Below, piece after piece: positions 54,751-64,000 of a stretch of DNA of 64,000 nt; position 1 is the stretch's first letter, and each line of letters opens with the position of its first letter. A program made the position numbers and the translations under genes. This DNA is from the human T2T-CHM13v2.0 reference genome, Homo sapiens. The notes under the pieces were generated by a model. The model made no database searches, was not told where the DNA came from, and was given only the letters and a program-made list of their open reading frames with translations. The stretch lies in assembly GCF_009914755.1 (NCBI RefSeq), contig NC_060943.1, one strand, 5' to 3'.

Positions 54751-57700
54751 GATCCTTTACACAGAGCAGACTTGAAACACTCTTTTTGTGGAATTTGCAA
54801 GTGGAAATTTCAGCCGCTTTGAGTTCAATGGTAGAATAGGAAATATCTTCCTATAGAAACTAGACAGAATGATTCTCAGAAACTCCTTTGTGATGTGTGC
54901 GTTCAACTCACAGAGTTCAACGTTTCTTTTCATAGAGCAGTTGGGAAACACTCTGTTTGTAAAGTCTGCAAGTGGATATTCAGACTTCTTTGAGGCCTTC
55001 GTTGGAAGCGGGATTTCTTCATATTCTGCTAGACAGAAGAATTCTCAGTAACTTCCTTGTGTTGTGTGTATTCAACTCACAGAGTTGAACGATCCTTTAC
55101 ACAGAGCAGACTTGAAACACTCTTTTTGTGGAATTTGCCAGTGGAGATTTCAGCCGCTTTGAGGTCAATGGTAGAATAGGAAATATCTTCCTATAGAAAC
55201 TAGACAGAATGATTCTCAGAAACTCCTTTGTGATGTGTGCGTTCAACTCACAGAGTTTAACCTTTCTTTTCATAGAGCAGTTAGGAAACACTCTGTTTGT
55301 AAAGTCTGCAAGTGGATATTCAGGCATCCTTGAGGCTTTCGTTGGAAACGGGATTTCTTCATATTCTGCTAGAAAGAAGAATTCTCAGTAACTTCCTTGT
55401 GTTGTGTGTATTCAACTCACAGACTTGAATGATCCTTTACACAGAACAGTCTTGAAACACTCTTTTTGTGGAATTTGCAAGTGGAGATTTCAGCCGCTTT
55501 GAGGTCAATGGTAGAATAGGAAATATCTTCCTATAGAAACTAGACAGAATGATTCTCAGAAACTCCTTTGTGATGTGGGCGTTCAACTCACAGAGTTTAA
55601 CCTTTCTTTTCATAGAGCAGTTAGGAAACACTCTGTTTGTAAGATTGCAAGTGGATATTCAGATATCTTTGAGGCTTTCGTTGGAAACGGGATTTCTTCA
55701 TATTCTGCTATACAGAAGAATTCTCAGAAACTTCCTTGTGTTGTGTGTATTCAACTCACAGAGTTGAACGATCGTTTACACAGAGCAGACTTGAGACACT
55801 CTGTTTGTGGAATTTGTAAGTGGAGATTTCAGCCGCTATGAGGTCAATGGTAGAATAGGAAATATCTTCCTATAGAAACTAGACAGAATGATTCTCAGAA
55901 ACTCCTTTGTGATGTGTGCGTTCAACTCACAGAGTTCAACCTTTCTTTTCATAGAGCAGTTGGGAAACACTCTGTTTGTAAAGTCTGCAAGTGGATATTC
56001 AGACATCTTTGAGGCCTTCATTGGAAACGGGATTTCTTCATGTTCTTGTAGACACAAGAATTCTCAGAAACTTCCTTGTGTTGTGTGTTTTCAACTCACA
56101 GAGTTGAACGATGCTTTACACAGAGTAGACTTGAAACACTCTTTTTGTGTAATTTGCAAGTGGAGATTTCAGCCGCTTTGAAGTCAATGGTAGAAAAGGA
56201 AATATCTTCGTATAAAAACTAGACAGAATGATTCTCAGAAACTCCTTTGTGATGTGTGCGTTCAACTCACAGAGTTTAACCTTTCTTTTCATAGAGCAGT
56301 TAGGAAACACTCTGTTTGTAAAGTCTGCAAGTGGATATTCAGACCTCCTTGAGGCCTTCGTTGGAAACGGGATTTCTTCATATTCTGCTAGACAGAAGAA
56401 TTCTAAGTAACTTCCTTGTGTTGTGTGTATTCAACTCACAGAGTTGAACGATCCTTTACACAGAGCAGACTTGAAACACTCTTTTTGTGGAATTTGCAAG
56501 TGGAGATTTCAGCCGCTTTGAGTTCAATGGTAGAATAGGAAATATCTTCCTATAGAAACTAGACAGAATGATTCTCAGAAACTCCTTTGTGATGTGTGCG
56601 TTCAACTCACAGAGTTTAACCTTTCTTTTCATAGAGCAGTTAGGAAACACTCTGTTTGTAAAGTCTGCAAGTGGATATTCAGACCTCCTTGAGGCCTTCG
56701 TTGGAAACGGGATTTCTTCCTATTATGCTAGATAGAAGAATTCTCAGTAACTTCCTTGTGTTGTGTGTATTCAACTCACAGAGTTGAACGATCCTTTACA
56801 CAGAGCAGACTTGAAACACTCTTTTTGTGGAAATTGCAAGTGGAGATTTCAGCCGCTTTGAGGTCAATGGTAGAAAAGGAAATATCTTCGTATAAAAACT
56901 GGACAGAATGATTCTCAGAAACTCCTTTGTGATGTGTGCGTTCAACTCACAGAGTTTAACCTTTCTTTTCATAGAGCAGTTAGGAAACACTCTGTTTGTA
57001 AAGTCTGCAAGTGGATATTCAGACCTCCTTGAGGCCTTCGTTGGAAACGGGATTTCTTCATATTATGCTAGACAGAAGAATTCTCAGTAACTTCCTTGTG
57101 TTGTGTGTATTCAACTCACAGACTTGAACGATCCTTTACACAGAGCAGACTTGAAACACTCTTTTTGTGGAATTTGCAAGTGGAGATTTCAGCCGCTTTG
57201 AGGTCAATGGTAGAATAGGAAATATCTTCCTATAGAAACTAGACACAATGATTCTGAGAAACTCCTTTGTGATGTGTGCGTTCAACTCACAGAGTTTAAC
57301 CTTTCTTTTCATAGAGCAGTTAGGAAACACTCTGTTTGTAAAGTCTGCAAGTGGATATTCAGACCTCCTTGAGGCCTTCGTTGGAAACGGGATTTCTTCA
57401 TATTATGCTAGACAGAAGAATTCTCAGTAACTTCCTTGTGTTGTGTGTATTCAACTCACAGAGTTGAACGATCCTTTACACAGAGCAGACTTGAAACACT
57501 CTTTGTGTGGAATTTGCAAGTGGAGATTTCAGCCGCTTTGAGTTCAATGGTAGAATAGGAAATATCTTCCTATAGAAACTAGACAGAATGATTCTCAGAA
57601 ACTCCTTTGTGATGTGTGCGTTCAACTCACAGAGTTCAACCTTTCTTTTCATAGAGCAGTTGGGAAACACTCTGTTTGTAAAGTCTGCAAGTGGATATTC

Positions 57701-60419
57701 AGACTTCTTTGAGGCCTTCTTTGGAAGCAGGATTTCTTCATATTCTGCTAGACAGAAGAATTCTCAGTAACTTCCTTGTGTTGTGTGTATTGAACTCACA
57801 GAGTTGAATGATCCTTTACACAGAGCAGACTTGAAACACTCATTTTGTGGAATTTGCAAGGGGAGATTTCAGCCGCTTTGAGGTCAATGGTAGAATAGGA
57901 AATATCTTCCTATAGAAACTAGCCAGAATGATTCTCAGAAACTCCTTTGTGATGTGTGCGTTCAACTCACAGAGTTTAACCTTTCTTTTCATAGAGCAGT
58001 TAGGAAACACTCTGTTTGTAAAGTCTGCAAGTGGATATTCAGACATCCTTGAGGCTTTCGTTGGAAACGGGATTTCTTCGTATTCTGCTAGAAAGAAGAA
58101 TTCTCAGTAACTTCCTTGTGTTGTGTGTATTCAACTCACAGAGTTGAACGATCCTTTACACAGAGCAGACTTGAAACACTCTTTTTGTGGAATTTGCAAG
58201 GGGAGATTTCAGCCTCTTTGAGTTCAATGGTAGAATAGGAAATATCTTCCTATAGAAACTAGACAGAATGATTCTCAGAAACTCCTTTGTGATGTGTGCG
58301 TTCAACTCACAGAGTTTAACCTTACTTTTCATAGAGCAGTTAGGAAACACTCTGTTTGTAAAGTCTGCAAGTGGATATTCAGACATCTTTGAGGCCTTCG
58401 TTGGAAACGGGATTTCTTCATGTTTTGCTAGACAGAAGAATTCTCAGAAACTTCCTTGTGTTGTGTGTTTTCAACTCACAGAGTTGAACGATGCTTTACA
58501 CAGAGTAGACTTGAAACACTCTTTTTGTGTAATTTGCAAGTGGAGATTTCAGCCGCTTTGAAGTCAATGGTAGAAAAGGAAATATCTTCGTATAAAAACT
58601 AGACAGAATGATTCTCAGAAACTCCTTTGTGATGTGTGCGTTCAACTCACAGAGTTTAACCTTTCTTTTCATAGAGCAGTTAGGAAACACTCTGTTTGTA
58701 AAGTCTGCAAGTGGATATTCAGACCTCTTTGAGGCCTTCGTTGGAAAGGGGATTTCTTCATATTCTGCTAGAGAGAAGAATTCTCAGTAACTTCGTTGTG
58801 TTGTGTGTATTCAACTCACAGATTTCAACGATCCTTTACACAGAGCAGACTTGAAACACTCTTTTTGTGGAATTTGCAAGTGGAGATTTCAGCCGCTTTG
58901 AGGTCAATTGTAGAATAGGAAATATCTTCCTATAGAAACTAGACAGAATGATTCTCAGAAACTCCTTTGTGATGTGTGCGTTCAACTCACAGAGTTTAAC
59001 CTTTCTTTTCATAGAGCAGTTAGGAAACACTCTGTTTGTAAAGTCTGCAAGTGGATATTCAGACCTCCTTGAGGCCTTCGTTGGAAACGGGATTTCTTCC
59101 TATTATGCTAGACAGAAGAATTCTCAGTAACTTCCTTGTGTTGTGTGTATTCAACTCACAGAGTTGAATGATCCTTTACACAGAGCAGACTTGAAACACT
59201 CTTTTTGTGGAATTTGCAAGTGGAGATTTCAGCCGCTTTGAGTTCAATGGTAGAATAGGAAAGATCTTCCTATAGAAACTAGACAGAATGATTCTCAGAA
59301 ACTCCTTTGTGATGAGTGCGTTCAACTCACAGAGTTCAACCTTTCTTTTCATAGAGCAGTTGGGAAACACTCTGTTTGTAAAGTCTGCAAGTGGATATTC
59401 AGACTTCTTTGAGGCCTTCGTTGGAAGCGGGATTTCTTCATATTCTGCTAGACAGAAGAATTCTCAGTAACTTCCTTGTGTTGTGTGTATTCAACTCACA
59501 GAGTTGAACGATCCTTTACACAGAGCAGACTTGAAACACTCTTTTTGTGGAATTTGCAAGTGGAGATTTCAGCCGCTTTGAGGTCAATGGTAGAATAGGA
59601 AATATCTTCCTATAGAAACTAGACAGAATGATTCTCAGAAACTCCTTTGTGATGTGTGCGTTCAACTCACAGAGTTTAACCTTTCTTTTCATAGAGCAGT
59701 TAGGAAACACTCTGTTTGTAAAGTCTGCAAGTGGATATTCAGACCTCTTTGAGGCCTTCGTTGGAAACGGGATTTCTTCATATTATGCTAGACAGAAGAA
59801 TTCTCAGTAACTTCCTTGTGTTGAGTGTATTCAACTCACAGAGTTGAATGATCCTTTACACAGAGCAGACTTGAAACACTCTTTTTGTGGAATTTGCAAG
59901 TGGAGATTTCAGCCGTTTTGAGGTCAACGTTAGAAAAGGAAATATCTTCGTATAAAAACTAGACAGAATGATTCTCAGAAACTCCTTTGTGATGTGTGCG
60001 TTCAACTCACAGAGTTTAACCTTTCTTTTCATAGAGCAGTTAGGAAACACTCTGTTTGTAATGTCTGCAAGTGGATATTAAGACCTCCTTGAGGCCTTCG
60101 TTGGAAACTGGGTTTCTTCATATTATGCTAGACAGAAGAATTCTCAGTAACTTCCTTGTGCTGTGTGTATTCAACTCACAGAGTTGAACGATCCTTTACA
60201 CAGAGCAGACTTGAAACACTCTTTTTGTGGAATTTGCAAGTGGAGATTTCAGCCGCTTTGAGGTCAATGGTAGAATAGGAAATATCTTCCTATAGAAACT
60301 AGACAGAATGATTCTGAGAAACTCCTTTGTGATGTGGCGTTCAACTCACAGAGTTTAACCTTTCTTTTCATAGAGCAGTTAGGAAACACTCTGTTTGTAA
60401 CGTCTGCAAGTGGATATTC

Positions 60420-61560
60420 AGACCTCCTTGAGGCCTTCGTTGGAAACGGGTTTTCTTCATATTATGCTAGACAGAAGAATTCTCAGTAACTTCCTTGTGT
60501 TGTGTGTATTCAACTCACAGAGTTGAACGATCCTTTACACAGAGCAGACTTGAAACACTCTTTTTGTGGAATTTGCAAGTGGAGATTTCAGCCGCTTTGA
60601 GTTCAATGGTAGAATAAGAAATATCTTCCTATAGAAACTATACAGAATGATTCTCAGAAACTCCTTTGTGATGTGTGCGTTCAACTCACAGAGTTCAACC
60701 TTTCTTTTCCTAGAGCAGTTGGGAAACACTCTGTTTGTAAAGTCTGCAAGTGGATATTCAGACATCCTTGAGGCTTTCGTTGGAAAGGGGATTTCTTCAT
60801 ATTCTGCTAGAAAGAAGAATTCTCAGTAACTTCCTTGTGTTGTGTGTATTCAACTCACAGCGTTGAACGATCCTTTACACAGAGCAGACTTGAAACACTC
60901 TTTTTGTGGAATTTGCAAGTGGAGATTTCAGCCGCTTTGAGGTCAATGGTAGAATAGGAAATATCTTCCTATAGAAACTAGACAGAATGATTCTCAGAAA
61001 CTCCTTTGTGATGTGTGCGTTCAACTCACAGAGTTTAACCTTTCTTTTCATAGAGCAGTTAGGAAACACTCTGTTTGTAAAGTCTGCAAGTGGATATTCA
61101 GACCTCCTTGAGGCCTTCGTTGGAAACGGGTTTTCTTCATATTATGCTAGACAGAAGAATTCTCAGTAACTTCCTTGTGTTGTGTGTATTCAACTCACAG
61201 AGTTGAACGATCCTTTACACAGAGCAGACTTGAAACACTCTTTTTGTGGAATTTGCAAGTGGAGATTTCAGCCGCTTTGAGTTCAATGGTAGAATAAGAA
61301 ATATCTTCCTATAGAAACTAGACAGAATGATTCTCAGAAACTCCTTTGTGATGTGTGCGTTCAACTCACAGAGTTCAACCTTTCTTTTCCTAGAGCAGTT
61401 GGGAAACACTCTGTTTGTAAAGTCTGCAAGTGGATATTCAGACATCCTTGAGGCTTTCGTTGGAAACGGGATTTCTTCATATTCTGCTAGAAAGAAGAAT
61501 TCTCAGTAACTTCCTTGTGTTGTGTGTATTCAACTCACAGAGTTGAACGATCCTTTACAC
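60420..61560 (+). repeat. Two-dimer (680 bp) tandem duplication
   Basis: cgggttttc (about 60447/61127), agaataagaa (60611/61291) and ttttcctagag (about 60705/61385) recur at +680. Confidence 0.85.
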
Positions 61561-64000
61561 AGAGCAGACTTGAAACACTCTTTTTGTGGAATTTGCAAGT
61601 GGAGATTTCAGCCGCTTTGAGGTCAATGGTAGAATAGGAAATATCTTCCTATAGAAACTAGACAGAATGATTCTCAGAAACTCCTTTGTGATGTGTGCGT
61701 TCAACTCACAGAGTTTAACCTTTCTTTTCATAGAGCAGTTAGGAAACACTCTGTTTGTAAAGTCTGCAAGTGGATATTCAGACATCCTTGAGGCTTTCGT
61801 TGGAAACGGGATTTCTTCATATTCTGCTAGAAAGAAGAATTCTCACTAACTTCCTTGTGTTGTGTGTATTCAACTCACAGAGTTGAATGATCCTTTACAC
61901 AGAACAGTCTTGAAACACTCTTTTTGTGGAATTTGCAAGTGGAGATTTCAGCCGCTTTGAGGTCAATGGTAGAATAGGAAATATCTTCCTATAGAAACTA
62001 GACAGAATGATTCTCAGAAACTCCTTTGTGATGTGTGCGTTCAACTCACAGAGTTTAACCTTTCTTTTCATAGAGCAGTTAGGAAACACTCTGTTTGTAA
62101 AGTCTGCAAGTGGATATTCAGAAATCTTTCAGGCTTTCGTTGGAAAAGGGATTTCTTCATATTCTGCTAGACAGAAGAATTCTCAGAAAGTTCGTTGTGT
62201 TGTGTGTTTTCAACTCACAGAGTTCAACGATCCTTTACACAGAGTAGACTTGAAACACCCTTTTTGTGGAATTGGCAGGGTGGAGATTTCAGCCGCTTTG
62301 AGGTCAATGGTAGAATAGGAAATATCTTCGTATAAAAACTAGACAGAGTGATTCTCAGAAACTCCTTCGTGATGTCTGCGTTCATCTCACAGAGTTTAAC
62401 CTTTCTTTTCATAGAGCAGTTAGGAAACACTCTGTTTGTAAAGTCTGCAAGTGGATATTCAGACCTCCTTGAGGCCTTCGTTGGAAACGGGATTTCTTCA
62501 TATTCTGCTATACAGAAGAATTCTCAGAAACTTCCTTGTGTTGTGTGTATTCAACTCACAGAGTTGAACGATCGTTTACCCAGAGCAGACTTGAGACACT
62601 CTTTTTTGGAATTTGTAAGTGGAGATTTCAGCCGCTTTGAGGTCAATGGTAGAAAAGGAAATATCTTCACATAAAAACTAGACAGAATGATTCTCAGAAA
62701 CTCCTTTGTGATGTGTGCGATCAACTCACAGAGTTTAACCTTTCTTTTCATAGAGCAGGTAGGAAACACTCTGTTTGTAAAGTCTGCAAGTGGATATTCA
62801 GACCTCCTTGAGGCCTTCGTTGGAAATGGGATTTCTACATATTATGCTAGACAGAAGAATTCTCAGTAACTTCCTTGTGTTGTGTGTATTCAACTCACAG
62901 AGTTGAACGATCCTTTACACAGAGCAGACTTGAAACACTCTTTTTGTGGAATTTGCAAGAGGAGATTTCAGCCTCTTTGTGGTCAATGGTAGAATAGGAA
63001 ATATATTCCTATAGAAACTAGACAGAATGATTCTCAGAAACTCCTTTGTGATGTGTGCGTTCAACTCACAGAGTTTAACCTTTCTTTTAATAGAGCAGTT
63101 AGGAAACACTCTGTTTGTAAAGTCTGCAAGTGGATATTCAGACCTCCTTGAGGCCTTCGTTGGAAACGGGATTTCTTCCTATTATGCTACACAGAAGAAT
63201 TCTCAGTAACTTCCTTGTGTTGTGTGTATTCAACTCACAGAGTTGAACGATCCTTTACACAGAGCAGACTTGAAACACTCTTTTTGTGGAATTTGCAAGT
63301 GGAGATTTCAGCCGCTTTGAGTTCAATGGTAGAATAGGAAATATCTTCCTATAGAAACTAGACAGAATGATTCTCAGAAACTCCTTTGTGATGTGTGCGT
63401 TCAACTCACAGAGTTCAACCTTTCTTTTCATAGAGCAGTTGGGAAACACTCTGTTTGTAAAGTCTGCAAGTGGATATTCAGACTTCTTTGAGGCCTTCGT
63501 TGGAAGCGGGATTTCTTCATATTCTGCTAGACAGAAGAATTCTCAGTAACTTCCTTGTGTTGTGTGTATTCAACTCACAGAGTTGAACGATCCTTTACAC
63601 AGAGCAGACTTGAAACACTCTTTTTGTGGAATTTCCAATGGAGATTTCAGCCTCTTTGTGGTCAATGGTAGAATAGGAAATATCTTCCTATAGAAACTAG
63701 ACAGAATGATTCTCAGAAACTCCTTTGTGATGTGTGCGTTCAACTCACAGAGTTTAACCTTTCTTTTCATAGAGCAGTTAGGAAACACTCTGTTTGTAAA
63801 GTCTGCAAGTGGATATTCAGACATCCTTGAGGCTTTCGTTGGAAACAGGATTTCTTCATATTCTGCTAGAAAGAAGAATTCTCAGTAACTTCCTTGTGTT
63901 GTGTGTATTCAACTCACAGAGTTGAATGATCCTTTACACAGAACAGTCTTGAAACACTCTTTTTGTGGAATTTGCAAGTGGAGATTTCAGCCGCTTTGAG

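Larger units (their letters stand above)
1..64000 (+). repeat. Centromeric alpha-satellite array, dimeric SF1 (J1/J2) type, about 188 x 340-bp dimers; D1Z7/D5Z2/D19Z3-like
   Basis: Strict 340-bp periodicity (ORF-track starts at 120, 460, 800 ... 63706). Alphoid motifs (attctcagaaact, ttcaactcacagagtt, gaaacactctttttgtggaatttgcaagtgg). CENP-B box in every second monomer and GAATTC once per dimer. The alpha-satellite call is near certain; the family and array name come from my recall of the consensus and are somewhat less sure. Confidence 0.97.

Noticed and set aside
59254-63012. Loop variants (aagatc near 59261, atata near 63001) that make the A-box dyad nearly fully palindromic
   Set aside because: Two singletons among more than 100 copies are compatible with chance, and each still needs a bulged base.
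8-63888. Hundreds of 60-114 aa ORFs on both strands (MILRNSFVMCAF..., MFPNCSMKRKVK...)
   Set aside because: They are translations of the 340-bp satellite unit. They overlap antisense to each other, many use non-ATG starts, they are freely broken or extended by SNVs and indels, and they resemble no protein family I recognise. Useful only as variant barcodes.
1-64000. CRISPR-like or other repeat-spacer array
   Set aside because: There are no unique spacers; the whole unit is repeated, and there are no cas-like or other genes.
1-64000. Hidden insertion (L1, Alu, viral, unique DNA) or inversion
   Set aside because: Dimer phase is continuous from start to end within a few bp, and every box is on the same strand, leaving no room for foreign or inverted sequence.
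1-64000. Assignment to a specific chromosome (1, 5 or 19) or to the kinetochore-forming subregion
   Set aside because: These arrays share near-identical dimers. Deciding needs alignment to complete assemblies plus methylation or CENP-A data, which I cannot obtain here.

Overview
The whole 64 kb window is one uninterrupted, single-orientation array of primate centromeric alpha satellite. It is built from about 188 head-to-tail 340-bp dimers, each a 171-bp A-type monomer plus a 169-bp B-type monomer carrying a CENP-B box, with an EcoRI site once per dimer. This matches suprachromosomal family 1 (J1/J2), most likely the human D1Z7/D5Z2/D19Z3 (S1C1/5/19H1L) array; I cannot assign the chromosome from this window. 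I see no genes, RNA genes, transposon insertions, inversions or unique sequence, and the ORFs in the track are by-products of the repeat. I found no evidence for a new gene-encoded system. The interest lies in the fine structure: nested local duplications of 2, 3, 5, 8, 11, 12 and 15 dimers, domains defined by alternative alleles of one monomer, chimeric junction dimers, CENP-B box lesions concentrated at CpGs, and two dyad symmetries in the A monomer. All counts were made by eye and are approximate.
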